Below are positions 48,001 to 56,948 of a stretch of DNA of 64,000 nt, one piece after another. This DNA comes from a virus (lineage: Duplodnaviria > Heunggongvirae > Uroviricota > Caudoviricetes): the IMG/VR virus record IMGVR_UViG_3300046691_000084, positions 1 to 64,000 of that record. One strand, written 5' to 3'. The stretch's first letter is position 1; each line of letters begins with the position of its first letter. The notes under the pieces were generated by a model. The model was given only the letters and a program-made list of their open reading frames with translations. It was not told where the DNA came from and ran no database searches. The translations under genes and the position numbers were made by a program.

Positions 48001-51000
48001 TCTGAATATCCAGACGAGTCTTAGTTGTGCCGCCAGAGCCCATGCCAGAAGACTTAGAGCCTACAAGGAACATGTCCATGAAGCCTATCTTACCAGCATT
48101 GTACTTAGAGGCGTTGGCACGCATGTTGTCAGCAGCTGTATGAACATCAGACCACATAGCAGCAAAAGCATCACCAATAGGGCCACGTTGTTTTGCGCTA
48201 ACACGGGAAGCTAGTCCACGAGGTGCATCGAACAGCTTGTAGATGATCGATTCAGTACCCGAAACTTTAGCAAGAGCAGCTAAGCCACCTAGGTATGCTG
48301 CTTTGGCAATGTGACCGGTTACATTCACTGCTTGAGTTGCCAAACGACCGCCACCATCCTTACCGAGCAGAGCAAAAGCCAACAGAGGTAGACCGATTTC
48401 AGCAGCCTCGATGAGTGATACACTCTCTAACAGAGATGAAGACAAGGCAACAGCGCCTGCAATAGCCAGCTTCTTGCTTGCGAAGATCTTATCAATAAGC
48501 GAGACGCCAACATTCGAAGTATCACGACCGAGCATTGCACCGACGTAATCAACCAGACCATCCTTTTTACCAGTTATGACGCCTGCTTTGTTCTTCTTAC
48601 CTTCTTTACCAGCGAGGAGTTCCCAGATAGAGCCTCGAGCGCCTTTGCTAAAGATTGCAAGCAGACCAGCAGCAGCAACACCAGCAGTTACCAGGTTGTT
48701 AGATACCAATGGCAACCAGCTAAAAGCCGTTACCATAGTGTCTGCAAATGGCGCAAAGCTGCCCAACAGCCCGTCTACGAGCGATGGAGCCAGCTGAATA
48801 AACGAATCCAAAGCGCTACGGAAAGCTTCGACAGAATGGTGAACTAGTGTGACCAAGACATGACCTGCAGCTTCACCTAATGCTGGGGCAAACACATCGA
48901 AAGCCGTGTTCAAAGCACCATTCAGCAGAGTAGAGAAGTAGCTAAGTGCAACAAGCTTCGCACGTGCGCCACCAAAGGCCAACAGAAGAGCAGACACAAT
49001 AGCTGTCTCAGAGTTCTTACGAAGTACTGAGAAGAAGTTGCCCATGTCAACATTAGACAGACGGATGGTGAAGTCAGCAATCACGCCACCAGCTTGAAGA
49101 CCGTAGCGCTGCATCATTGCGAAGAAGCCTTTGAAAGCATTCATCACAGCTTTGCCGAAACGTTGAATGGTGCTTTCCGATTCAAATAACTTCTCGGTAT
49201 AAGCATTCACTTCATCAACAAGGTCTGGCCAGTACGAGTGACCTACAACAGCATCATAGACTTCGAAGAAGATGCTCTTGATGGACTCGCCAAACTTGTA
49301 AACCATATCGCGAGCTTTGGAAGACAACTCTGCAGTCTTGTCTACAATACGCTGATACATCGCTACAATGTAGTTAACACCTGTTTCAAGGGAAGAGCTA
49401 TCAATACCGAACTTCGAAACAAAGTTCAAGCCTTGGAAGTGCTTAGAAAGAGCAGCCCAGCCGCGAGCAACAGCATCAGTCAACTTGGTGAATGAAATTA
49501 CAAATGCAGCCTTGATCCGGTCAAAGGCATCTGAGAATGCTTCAGAAGAGATACCATGACTTACACGTGTCCAGAGCTCAACGAAGAAGCCTTGGATAAA
49601 CTGACCGAAGTCAAGCATAGTAGCTTTAGTCTTCGACCATAGCGAACTGTCTTGTTTGCCACCAAAGAGCTTATCCCATATCGAGACAGACTCAAGGTGA
49701 TCCCAGGCACGGAACAATGACATTGCGCCATCAAGCATACCATCGAAGAACGAATCGGCAATGCTTTTACCGGTACCTTGGTTGAACATGTCACTGATTG
49801 CGTCCAAGAACGCGCTAGAGATGTTCTCAATATTGACTAGGAGGCCGAACACAATTGGTTCAATCGTAGTAGCAAAAACGTCTTGGTAGACACGTTTGGT
49901 CACACGACCGATATCTGCCACATACTTGCCGACACGATCAAGACGCGAATCTCGAATGTGCAACAGTTTGTTGTCCATCAAACCAAGCTGAATCAGAACG
50001 TCCTGTACATCATACGATGCACCACGAATGTTACGAAGCATTTCAGCGCCAAAGAATGTTTTATCATCCCAACGAATCTGCTTACGTACACGATTCAGCT
50101 CATTAAGGTTACCAATGAATGCATCGATGTTAGTGGACTTGAAGAGGTTTACCCAAGCTCGTTCAACCTTGTTATCTCCAATGGAGAACAAAGTCATCTC
50201 CTGAGCGAAGGCTTCTATAGCACGGGATGCAGGAATGATCGCTTGGTACAACCAGGCATCAACGTTGAAACGGATCTTACGGAGACTGTTAGTGATGGTA
50301 GTGCTGAGGTCTACGAAAGGTGTCTGGATAACAGGTACCAAACGTCGCAGATTGTAGGCAGTAGCATCGAGTGAGCCAACGAGACCTTTACCAAGGCTTT
50401 TCAGACGGCTAACGAGAACAGAGAACCCAGATGCGTTTGCATCAATGCCACTGACCTGAGGTTCGAGGCCAGTCAGCGTAACACCACCAGTATCTACAGT
50501 GAGATTTGGTTTTGTCTTGAAGAAATCTTTAACAGATGACATTGCATGTTTTGCAGCAGAGTAGAACTTGTACTTTTCAATCACATCCATCGGCGTGATA
50601 TTGAATTTCATAGCTGCTTTAAGCGTTAGCTCAGTTGCGCTATATAAGTTCAAACCATCGATGAAGTTTTGAGCGTTCTGTCGAACCAGATAAGCTTCAG
50701 CACCGATCAGCTGACTGGCTTCAGAGAAATAATTTGCTAAACTGAGAATACGTTTACCATACTTCTCAGATGCTCCGAATCGTTGGTTTAATTCACCGAA
50801 GAATAGAGACATCGATTGACCGAGCTGATTGGTAGCATCAGTAGCAGTAATCATTGTCCTTGCAAAGTCTTTATCAGCGCTTGCAGCCATGTCCTCCAAA
50901 GCCGCGAGAACACGCTTAGGCTCCAAGGAGCCCGCAGCACCCATAGCTCGAAGTTCACCAGTAGTGACCTTGAGAGACTTAGCGATACCTTGACCAATGT

Positions 51001-51706
51001 AAGGGATTTGCTCCAATACAGAGTTCAATTCTTCACCACGAAGAGTACCCGACGAGATACCCTGACCCAGCTGTACGAAAGCAGCCGAAGCAGATTCAGC
51101 AGAGGAACCAGAGAGAGCTACACCCTTCTGCAAGGTGTTGACGACCTTGATTACACGTTCCGAAGAGACACCAGAAGACTGGAGCGACTTAGCAAATGTA
51201 GCATACAATGATGCTGTGTCTTTAAAGGAAGCACGAGCATCTTGAGAGGATGCAAACAATTTGTTCTGAGTGATCAGAAGCTCTTCAGTGGACTTCGTAA
51301 CCAGCCGCAGCTTGTTCTGAAGGTTCGTGAGGTTGTCGCCTGCTTTGTTGAAGCTGTTCACACTAGAGAAAGCTGCGAATGCTGCAACCAGACCTACAAC
51401 ACCTTTCTTGATCGAGTCGATGGTGTCAGAAGTCTTTGCTGCTGATCTCTCCAAATTCTGGAAAGTATCAGTAGATGTACCTTTGAAACGTTTCATGATG
51501 TCGTCAGTCTTTTTGACATCATACTGAACGTTCTTGAATACCTTTGGGTTGATTCTGTCGATAGCGTTGCCAGACAATTTTGAAGACTGTGCCAAGGCTT
51601 TCATACCTTGAGACAACTTGTCTAGATCTTTCTTCGCGCCTTCTCCCCGTAGGCTTACATCAATTTCAATACCAGACATGGCAGTACTCCTGATTTTAAA
51701 GCCCAC
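42071..51706 (-). CDS. tape-measure protein, 3211 aa
   Basis: Giant Ala/Gly/Ser/Leu-rich ORF located between the G/GT chaperones and the distal tail genes; no polymerase motifs found. Confidence 0.7.
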   Translation of the reverse strand: MGFKIRSTAMSGIEIDVSLRGEGAKKDLDKLSQGMKALAQSSKLSGNAIDRINPKVFKNVQYDVKKTDDIMKRFKGTSTDTFQNLERSAAKTSDTIDSIKKGVVGLVAAFAAFSSVNSFNKAGDNLTNLQNKLRLVTKSTEELLITQNKLFASSQDARASFKDTASLYATFAKSLQSSGVSSERVIKVVNTLQKGVALSGSSAESASAAFVQLGQGISSGTLRGEELNSVLEQIPYIGQGIAKSLKVTTGELRAMGAAGSLEPKRVLAALEDMAASADKDFARTMITATDATNQLGQSMSLFFGELNQRFGASEKYGKRILSLANYFSEASQLIGAEAYLVRQNAQNFIDGLNLYSATELTLKAAMKFNITPMDVIEKYKFYSAAKHAMSSVKDFFKTKPNLTVDTGGVTLTGLEPQVSGIDANASGFSVLVSRLKSLGKGLVGSLDATAYNLRRLVPVIQTPFVDLSTTITNSLRKIRFNVDAWLYQAIIPASRAIEAFAQEMTLFSIGDNKVERAWVNLFKSTNIDAFIGNLNELNRVRKQIRWDDKTFFGAEMLRNIRGASYDVQDVLIQLGLMDNKLLHIRDSRLDRVGKYVADIGRVTKRVYQDVFATTIEPIVFGLLVNIENISSAFLDAISDMFNQGTGKSIADSFFDGMLDGAMSLFRAWDHLESVSIWDKLFGGKQDSSLWSKTKATMLDFGQFIQGFFVELWTRVSHGISSEAFSDAFDRIKAAFVISFTKLTDAVARGWAALSKHFQGLNFVSKFGIDSSSLETGVNYIVAMYQRIVDKTAELSSKARDMVYKFGESIKSIFFEVYDAVVGHSYWPDLVDEVNAYTEKLFESESTIQRFGKAVMNAFKGFFAMMQRYGLQAGGVIADFTIRLSNVDMGNFFSVLRKNSETAIVSALLLAFGGARAKLVALSYFSTLLNGALNTAFDVFAPALGEAAGHVLVTLVHHSVEAFRSALDSFIQLAPSLVDGLLGSFAPFADTMVTAFSWLPLVSNNLVTAGVAAAGLLAIFSKGARGSIWELLAGKEGKKNKAGVITGKKDGLVDYVGAMLGRDTSNVGVSLIDKIFASKKLAIAGAVALSSSLLESVSLIEAAEIGLPLLAFALLGKDGGGRLATQAVNVTGHIAKAAYLGGLAALAKVSGTESIIYKLFDAPRGLASRVSAKQRGPIGDAFAAMWSDVHTAADNMRANASKYNAGKIGFMDMFLVGSKSSGMGSGGTTKTRLDIQKSFNGILDAFSAVSIGGGKTLGGVVNAMIGQAMVGFGRFTVFLQNFKNTVSKIMTKGWSAIVAGLSLLADGLKGLFGIILNRYALFAVLALGLGSTAFAASDASSAIGVMTTNSQSLLDVVEKLTVGFAAMGVAFRVYNAFNAASATFKSMKAGTFVAPEHDVDLAAFRKKKAVSAEAELADLVAVTRTGLDKKAREVMKKSVFATEAERLATQLGLQKATESKVASVRDGFMKARAATELTELVEFEAQFATKQARLAKIAASNSSFTAGFVGLSGYFSDVFRGIERTTKTSMAKIKKIMTGESGSTSIGNSLRKTLETTFSVNPAAIALMVEGTTKLVSALKSIKDLKLTTAVSSTIGGLGDIAGGLGGLFTGVFKSLKKLNVKSAFGGFLEGAGTAFAKLGGLVSKVFSKVMPFLLKGGIIGAVVSGVGLLSLHFFGPGTSFIDNLEWAHDKIRSIMGLQATTKSGRREEVNNNIGGTQAIGDRKVSFASDIRSVDFSKLSDAQFKVVQETSAATKEGLANLNEAYIKQGGWTQENLDDLSRLQKEMKEVFTRLPHDATQTLAGASDAFNLSMLSVSTSMWDVLRNWVGLSPIMGTIQDSTDWVAKSFSALEEVFMASGSAVSYIIDRYTSIPALIGGAIGAFFGPLGAIVGASLGALLSAAFDGLKSAIVGFGNWIMDTAFVKHIEQVGKKIGDGVSNMADNISKSFDDWVAANSNKTSPLKIEQTVGINKMIGTLPQYASNLSTEAQDELRKAYDATADSAERWTTLIEEGARARNSDNLEDFTKKLQAANVEYANNYVNLKRLTDQYGWYAEALGRTKDITTQISKMAGDAKQLFEIDMGTDGAKFVGSDQDLAAMKAYIEGVRGFKEQLKTTYDLAERRKITLNIDDIGDQAKELWNRVQASMSIAKDVEIKTKMVPDVASADDLKRLFYIDPATYNSLSGVTIEYGKLQTQFDNINADTPVSEIQRLITKMQELRGVVAANLPLMTSFDQINNALQASGGTAISGKLFGSLSDSSLMNISALSKQIGIAKGELQDLYKTGGSQAAQAALLKQIEDKQKTMLGITQAQKISNAQGFVDNKSLGNVTKAYGVAQALGVEMPEGIRKSKSAMLQWAIIQIAMAAKQKELNGEIDKGAEGSESQMAALGAQLVNLQTQLDAVTDTSVLSFDSLISKLQETGLNISDLGFSRLPAQVQKSVAGIGVQLEALSKHLNVGAATGVVGESLTAVMAKREALLKQARMLIVSALHATGAGITEGLGRIGLSDMQDIAGIAKERIQVLLGLDKQLTLAKLTLNDTSDLDGYVTAIKRVSDLERATARAVRNASHNFTAQVQTINDVFATGLDEQGMARMGGDVIRQLTVQASVLKDALEDAIHNGLSASGESVGEIFIKMRAAARTGQAIAFFADVAKNMEDALTNGAKTAFDSLSQILGDLAPDFEAFAMIPDKLSQAYSEQAVALDAYQKALNLPGLTPELAGILDQVDKPIQQILDEFNTSLGGSLGSAFTTPTQQLIMSQDDLRKSIDNLAGVTQNGGKAGGAGGTATGTGALSGSARPTLEAFRRFDTERAKLAGVGQDLSQKGAKSLADQVKAALGGTGKGLVDNKAINLANKAQLLSMLDLANKVKQSTIDLNMAIQKGDPTAAIQQQVDDYQAALKELSDGIGASAAAMHDAGKSFAASITSNFNEAFTNLLKGKADDNNTVLGTFLDSILDNVTNSILDAFTKGLLDPLTGDNGILTAGLAKLGEMVYGGINPVGQAAAGGISNLFGGGGGDKTADTVKEGTAATVGALDSITSVFSDGFASIGTTFMDGLSGLGGMLGKLDFGGIASSIGSFNWAGAFASAASFFADGGMVSGPGGGRSDAIPAMISNGEFIVNAAATKRHAGLLNAINNGRSIGHFADGGLVSTRSSSPMIGSTPTPLARGNMGTTQEFNIHITGDISRQTKQEVLRMLPQIATGVNQHNREKNFRG

Positions 51707-51733
51707 CAGAGGATTAGTCTAGTGGGCTCACGG

Positions 51734-52027
51734 TCAATAACGCCGGATTATCGTACCACTCGGATGAACTCCGGGAAGGGACAATACAGTTTTCTCGATG
51801 AAATGAGCGGGCGCTTGTTCAGAATGCCCTCCATTTAGATCGTCAATGTAGTCGGCATCGTTGGTGATTTTCACACCGTCATGTTGCCAACGGCTTTCAG
51901 CATAACCAGTATCTACTGGTGTTGCATCTTGCAGCTTCTCGACGATCTTATCGAGTAGTTTAGGAGTCTTTGCTTTAACCTGAGCATCGAACTCCTTCTG
52001 GAGATTGTTCTTAAGATTAATCTTCAT
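51734..52027 (-). CDS. hypothetical tail-module protein, 97 aa
   Basis: Between GT and the TMP. Confidence 0.45.
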   Translation of the reverse strand: MKINLKNNLQKEFDAQVKAKTPKLLDKIVEKLQDATPVDTGYAESRWQHDGVKITNDADYIDDLNGGHSEQAPAHFIEKTVLSLPGVHPSGTIIRRY

Positions 52028-52721
52028 AGGTCTAACGTGTCGCCTCCGCTTGCTTTAGTCATCCAGTTGAACACTTGGGAACCTCTCAGCGTATTCATGT
52101 TCGTACCAACCGCATTGGTTGCGGTCAGGTCACCATAAATTGCCTGAAGACTTGGGAACAAAGCTGTAGACTTCTCTTTGACACCTTGTGCCTGGATAAG
52201 TTTAGCTGCACGATCATCGTCACGCCATCCTACAGGACGTTTGGCAAAGTATGCCTGCCACCCTAAGAACTGCTCATACGGCATCTCTAGAACTTCCTCT
52301 AGAGGCATCTTGAGCTGATAAGCTAGGTCAAATATCGCTAGCTCTTCGTCGCTTAAGATTAGTTTCCCGCTTCATCGGCCTTCTTAGCGCCAACGCCGGA
52401 ATAGTCCATGATGGCTGCCGACAGTTCAGACAGGTCATCGAGGGCGAAGGTACTGAAGTCTTCATCAGTCAGATCTGCAGCACCTTCGGCGGCACTACGG
52501 ATGACCAGCTTCATCACGTTCATAGAGGCGTTTTCATCGCCTTCAGCCGATTTGGCCAATTCCTGAATCTTAGTAACATCACCAAGACTCAGTTTCTGAA
52601 TTTTCATCTCACCGTCCATGAAAGGAATGGACTTGAGAACTTTCTTACCAACCAGAGATTTCATACCGGACATGCTATTCACCTTTAGTGATGGGATTTT
52701 GAGATTGTCAACCATGATCAT
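52024..52721 (-). CDS. tail assembly chaperones G (52359..52721, 120 aa) and GT fusion (via -1 frameshift into the frame of 52024..52308)
   Basis: Acidic G-like ORF ends ...GCG GGA AAC TAA; the downstream ORF lies in the -1 frame and is open back to 52373, overlapping the G end. Confidence 0.6.
52362..52368 (-). other. programmed -1 ribosomal frameshift slippery heptamer G-GGA-AAC (X XXY YYZ)
   Basis: Plus strand shows GTTTCCC at 52362-52368, which is GGGAAAC on the coding strand two codons before the G stop; compare lambda G-T GGGAAAG. Confidence 0.55.
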
Positions 52722-52960
52722 TCGCCTTTGAAGACATCAGCGTAAGCAGCTTGGAATTCATCCAGCTGGCGCTTCATCTGATGCAACAGGGATAGTGCTT
52801 GGAAACATTCGTTAGACTTTTCAGGGTCATTTTCGAATTCCTTAGCACGATCGAAAGTTTTCTGAATGCTGATATCCACGCTACGCCGCATGTGCTTAGC
52901 AGTGGTTCGCAACACATAACCTTTCGTAAAAGGTACAGCTGCTTTTTCTTGATTAGCCAT
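52718..52960 (-). CDS. hypothetical protein, 80 aa (tail module)
   Basis: ATGA-coupled upstream of G. Confidence 0.45.
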   Translation of the reverse strand: MANQEKAAVPFTKGYVLRTTAKHMRRSVDISIQKTFDRAKEFENDPEKSNECFQALSLLHQMKRQLDEFQAAYADVFKGE

Positions 52961-52974
52961 GATAGGCTCCTAAA

Positions 52975-53004
52975 TAGGCAAGAATGACCCTCCCGAAGAA
53001 GGGC
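52975..53004 (-). terminator. attenuator-type hairpin with UUCG tetraloop after the major tail protein gene (CCCUUC-UUCG-GGAGGG)
   Basis: 6-bp stem with a G-U at 52988-53003, U-rich tail. Confidence 0.4.
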
Positions 53005-53085
53005 TATTCTCGAATCACCAATAGAGGCATGCTGAGGTGGCCGCATGTTAAAGAGACTTAGCCAAGGCCTCCCTCTATAGTAGAC

Positions 53086-53685
53086 TTAGATGGTATAAGC
53101 ACCATAGAAGTTCGACTGGATGGTGATGGTGACGGTCGCAGTAGTAGCGTCAGTCAGCTGAGGGGTAACTTGCAGTGCTTCGATCTTACCAATCCAGTAG
53201 TATTGGCTGTTTTGAACAGTACCAAGACCAGCAGAAGTGGAAGCATAAGCAGTTGCACCTGCGGCAGTCGGCAGACTGTTCATCAGGGTGAATCGGAAGA
53301 CGTATTGGTTACCGTCACCGACCATGTTACCTAGTACGTTACCGACATCTCGCGACCAGTCAGCAGGTACGAAGTTCAGAGTGATTTCCATCGAAGGAGC
53401 ATCAGACTGACCTTGGATCTGACGGGAAGTCGAAGAACCGTAGGTAGGTACGTTTACAACGTTAGCAGGAGTACCGACAGCTGGGAACTCACGAACGTTC
53501 ATGATACGAACGAAGGTGTTAGCTGCTTTGGTACCGCCAACAGTGGCGATCTCGGTAGCAAACAGAGCTTGGAACTCTGCAGCAGTATCGAGAGCAGCCA
53601 GAGCCGATGGGGACAGCGGAGCTACCGGAGTAGATACCGCCAAGTCCGAGAACATCGAAGCGCCGATCGAAGTGATATGTGGCAT
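53086..53685 (-). CDS. major tail protein, 199 aa
   Basis: Position just upstream of G/GT; Ala/Thr/Ser/Gly-rich beta-type composition. Confidence 0.55.
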   Translation of the reverse strand: MPHITSIGASMFSDLAVSTPVAPLSPSALAALDTAAEFQALFATEIATVGGTKAANTFVRIMNVREFPAVGTPANVVNVPTYGSSTSRQIQGQSDAPSMEITLNFVPADWSRDVGNVLGNMVGDGNQYVFRFTLMNSLPTAAGATAYASTSAGLGTVQNSQYYWIGKIEALQVTPQLTDATTATVTITIQSNFYGAYTI

Positions 53686-54092
53686 TATGAAACTCCGTAG
53701 TACTTGAATGGAATTGTGTAACTGGAACGGAACAATGTAGCGTTCGCCTTATCTGTCCCTATGGGAGTCAGACTACCACCTTGAAATTGTGTAGTACACC
53801 CTTCCACGGTCTGTAAGCTCTTGAACGCTAGATATTGCTCCAGCTTATCCGCAATCACACTGGCTGGTCTAGGACCGTCACCAGATGGCGTGAATATGTC
53901 AATGATAAGCATGCCAGATACTGACATCTTATTTACACCAGGACCATTGGCCAGGACACTCACACGGATGTAAGTTGTCCAAGCTTGTGGAGAAATATAG
54001 TTCGAGGGTTGAGTCTCGATTAACTCACTTCTCCATGCTCCAGATGCGAATACTGAGAAAATGTCGTCCTCAGCTGCTGTGAATTTACCCAT
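53685..54092 (-). CDS. tail completion / head-tail joining protein, 135 aa
   Basis: Position and size. Confidence 0.45.
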   Translation of the reverse strand: MGKFTAAEDDIFSVFASGAWRSELIETQPSNYISPQAWTTYIRVSVLANGPGVNKMSVSGMLIIDIFTPSGDGPRPASVIADKLEQYLAFKSLQTVEGCTTQFQGGSLTPIGTDKANATLFRSSYTIPFKYYGVS

Positions 54093-54094
54093 GA

Positions 54095-54451
54095 TTAGCC
54101 ACCCGCGCGGTAGGCCTCGGCAACATAAATGAAGCCAGTGCCTTTAACGATTGGGCCAACGCTCCAAGTCTGTCCATCGAAAGTTATTTTGTCAATGCCG
54201 CTAAGATCAGGCACATCCTTGGCGTGAACCATGAATGTCTTTTTAATGACTTTAGAGTCAGCCTTCTGCTTCTCACCATCAAACACAACAATCTTCGCAG
54301 TAATAGATTGACCAAGGAAATCCTCAGGCACCTTAGAACCGAAATTGAACGAACCTGCAATCTTCACTTGGAAGACAGCATCCAGTGCCAGGTCTTTTAC
54401 TTGTCTGAAAGCCTGTTTCAATTGGCTATCAATAAGTGCGGCGTAGGCCAT
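54095..54451 (-). CDS. head-tail adaptor protein, 118 aa
   Basis: Position and size. Confidence 0.45.
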   Translation of the reverse strand: MAYAALIDSQLKQAFRQVKDLALDAVFQVKIAGSFNFGSKVPEDFLGQSITAKIVVFDGEKQKADSKVIKKTFMVHAKDVPDLSGIDKITFDGQTWSVGPIVKGTGFIYVAEAYRAGG

Positions 54452-54927
54452 TAGTTAGCCCTCCACCAAGACTGAGCACCATTATTGATGAGCATTGGAC
54501 GAATGAAGTCCAGAACATACTTAGGAATCTTAGGAGCCGCTCCGATGTCGGTAAGAGTGATCGTACCGAGTTGCAGAGACTTTACAGATCCAGTGTTATC
54601 CAGAAGTCCATCGTTATTGAGCAAGTGATAAGCAAGCTCATAGGTCGCCTGAACCAAGCGGTAAGGCGGGGTGTCCCCAAAGGAAACCTCACGCCCCAAC
54701 CTAGGATCAAAGTAACGACCACACCGAGGGAAAGCCATCAATTGGGTCTCGCTCACAGCGTAACCGGACCAAGTACGATTATCTAGCAGCATTGATGCGG
54801 TGACCAATGACTGCTCTTTCTGCGTACTAGGTGCATCAGTCCATGCAGCAACGTCAAGACGATCAGCGAAATAGAGATCCGCTTCGTCAACAGTTGCATA
54901 CGCGTTAACGCCTTTTTGGATAGCCAT
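54451..54927 (-). CDS. head-tail connector/adaptor protein, 158 aa
   Basis: Position immediately after the capsid gene. Confidence 0.45.
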   Translation of the reverse strand: MAIQKGVNAYATVDEADLYFADRLDVAAWTDAPSTQKEQSLVTASMLLDNRTWSGYAVSETQLMAFPRCGRYFDPRLGREVSFGDTPPYRLVQATYELAYHLLNNDGLLDNTGSVKSLQLGTITLTDIGAAPKIPKYVLDFIRPMLINNGAQSWWRAN

Positions 54928-54945
54928 GAGCGAATCCTCCAGTTA

Positions 54946-56124
54946 TCAGCTATGGAAGACAGGCAAGATGCCCAGGGACAGAGCCGAAGCAGACTTACGA
55001 GCCCAAGTACCAACGGAAGCGTCAGCAGCGGTAGCTGCAGTAAGAGCCTTCGGAACACCACCTTCGATAACGCCTTTGTAGTCAGCATCACTCGGGAAAG
55101 CTTCTGTAGCACCCGCCCAGTTGTAACCAGCAGGAGCCAATACATAGCCCCAGCGATGCCAGATAGTGGTAGTACCACCACCTTTGTAGGCAGCTGCGCG
55201 ACGTTCGATTTCAACTTCTTCCGGTACAGACAGGTTCTCCATTGCGAGAGCACCAGGCAGCACGATGAAGGAAGTCTTGGTACCGACGATGTCAACACCG
55301 CCACCACCATTGATCTTAGCCAGTTCAGCAGAGCTCAGAGACTGAGTAGCACGAGTCTGGATCAGACGGAACTTACCCTGGAAGATAGTATCGAACTTGA
55401 TATTACCATCCTGCACTTTATCTTGGTCTACCAGGTTGGCAGAACGCAGAGAAGCGAAGGTCTCAGGAGATACAACCAGGTAGGCGTATTCTGGTTCATG
55501 GTCTTTGTAAGCCATACCGAAGGCTTGCAGGAAGGCTTCAGCACGCTGAGCGCCTTGAGCAGCAGCAGTAGCGGCGATGACAGGCTTCGCAGTACCGATA
55601 TCAACATAGAAGCCATAACGCTTGTCAGTTGGATCGTTGTCGAAGTTCTGACCACCAAGACCAGCTTGACCGCTAGCAGCGGCAGCACCCATCAGGGCTT
55701 CAGAGATTGCTACACCTTTCAGCACAGCCAGGATACCGTTGTGTTCGTCCTGAGCACGGTGCTCAGCGAAGTCACGACCGATTTTAGACAGGCCATCTTG
55801 TTGGGTAACAACTTGTTGCAGGTTTACTTTCTTACCACCGTAGGTACGTACCGACTTGATGTAAGTCAGGTAGTCCGATGCGTAGTCAGAAGTAGTACCA
55901 TCGGTTGCATCTGTCAGAGATGCAACGTTGATGGTAGGGTTCATCGGTTTGAACCAACGAACTTGACCAATGAAGCTCTCGGTGGCCACGTCGATATCAG
56001 GGTTAGAACCTACGATACCAGTCGAGGACAGCTTACGAGCATTGGTGTACTCTTCATCGCGGTACGCAGTAATAGCAGCCTGCAGAATGAAGTTCGAAGC
56101 ACCAGCTGGAGAGGTGTTAGACAT
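54946..56124 (-). CDS. major capsid protein, 392 aa
   Basis: Follows a coiled-coil scaffold gene; size and Ala/Gly/Thr-rich composition. Confidence 0.6.
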   Translation of the reverse strand: MSNTSPAGASNFILQAAITAYRDEEYTNARKLSSTGIVGSNPDIDVATESFIGQVRWFKPMNPTINVASLTDATDGTTSDYASDYLTYIKSVRTYGGKKVNLQQVVTQQDGLSKIGRDFAEHRAQDEHNGILAVLKGVAISEALMGAAAASGQAGLGGQNFDNDPTDKRYGFYVDIGTAKPVIAATAAAQGAQRAEAFLQAFGMAYKDHEPEYAYLVVSPETFASLRSANLVDQDKVQDGNIKFDTIFQGKFRLIQTRATQSLSSAELAKINGGGGVDIVGTKTSFIVLPGALAMENLSVPEEVEIERRAAAYKGGGTTTIWHRWGYVLAPAGYNWAGATEAFPSDADYKGVIEGGVPKALTAATAADASVGTWARKSASALSLGILPVFHS

Positions 56125-56140
56125 TTATGTCACCTGTTCA

Positions 56141-56821
56141 TTATCGGCGGCCAGGTAATTTACCTTCCGCAGCGAGTTTCAGTACTTCCGCTTGAGACAA
56201 CTCTGAGAGTTTCTTAGGAGTCGTATTAGAGGAGTTGGAATTTGTAGTGCCCAAACCAGAACCAGACGATTGCTTCGCTTTGAAAAGGAACGCATTGTCT
56301 TCGATTTCAGCAAACGCTTTGACGAAATCTTTGATGGCCACACCAGTCTTGTGGACCCATTGACCTTGCTCGTTCTGAACCAGTTCGGCTACGATTTCCC
56401 GACGAGCCATTTCAAGGCTACGATCATTGCGGAAAGGCATTGCTGCCAAAGCGGCTGTCAGTACATTATCACGGCTCAGAGCAGTGTTATTGGACTTCAG
56501 CTCGTTGTTCTCGCGTTCCAGTTCTTGTACACGCAGATCATAGGCTTCACGATGCTTGCCTTCATCTTCGAGTCGCTTGATCTCGGCTTCACGTTCTTTC
56601 TTCTTGAAGCTGTCGACAGTCCCCAGAGCCTCGTCGCGGGCTTTGTAGGCTTTGTCGAGCTTTTCTTTCAGACCCTTCAACTCAGTACCAGTCGCAGCGT
56701 TGATCAGCGCTTCCAACTCTTCCTTCGTTTGTGGGAGTTTCAGCTCATTAGCAGCTTTTGCAGCCGCTTCTTGTGCCTTCTGCTCATCGGTCTTGTTGTC
56801 ATCATTGGTTTCGGTAGTCAT
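56141..56821 (-). CDS. scaffolding protein, 226 aa
   Basis: Glu/Lys/Ala/Leu-rich predicted coiled coil directly upstream of the capsid gene; motif A promoter-like element 106 nt upstream. Confidence 0.55.
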   Translation of the reverse strand: MTTETNDDNKTDEQKAQEAAAKAANELKLPQTKEELEALINAATGTELKGLKEKLDKAYKARDEALGTVDSFKKKEREAEIKRLEDEGKHREAYDLRVQELERENNELKSNNTALSRDNVLTAALAAMPFRNDRSLEMARREIVAELVQNEQGQWVHKTGVAIKDFVKAFAEIEDNAFLFKAKQSSGSGLGTTNSNSSNTTPKKLSELSQAEVLKLAAEGKLPGRR

Positions 56822-56926
56822 TTTCTTTCCTCATGAGTACGACTCATAAGACACATATCACAGATATGTCTCAGTAAGCTCAGAAATAGGCGCACCCGAG
56901 TATGACAACGCGAAGTTACCATACAA

Positions 56927-56946
56927 GGGTTAAGTTAACGGGCTTG
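56927..56946 (-). promoter_or_regulatory. motif A copy (exact), 3 nt after the stop of the MuF-RNAP gene
   Basis: Identical 20-mer. Confidence 0.45.
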
Positions 56947-56948
56947 GG

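Noticed and set aside
42071-51706. Giant 3211-aa ORF as an N4-type virion RNA polymerase
   Set aside because: No DxRGR or motif A/B/C signatures were found. Its position between the G/GT chaperones and distal tail genes, and its Ala/Gly/Ser-rich composition, fit a tape-measure protein. The RNAP motifs are instead in the 1556-aa MuF fusion
54916-56217. 433-aa plus-strand ORF (and similar long plus-strand ORFs at 62120..63331, 22286..23044, 26791..27390, 2433..3038, 46569..47363)
   Set aside because: Each lies antisense to a well-supported minus-strand gene (capsid, portal, exonuclease, SSB-like, TMP). They have low-complexity or Ser/Thr/Leu-rich composition and no RBS context, so they are shadow ORFs
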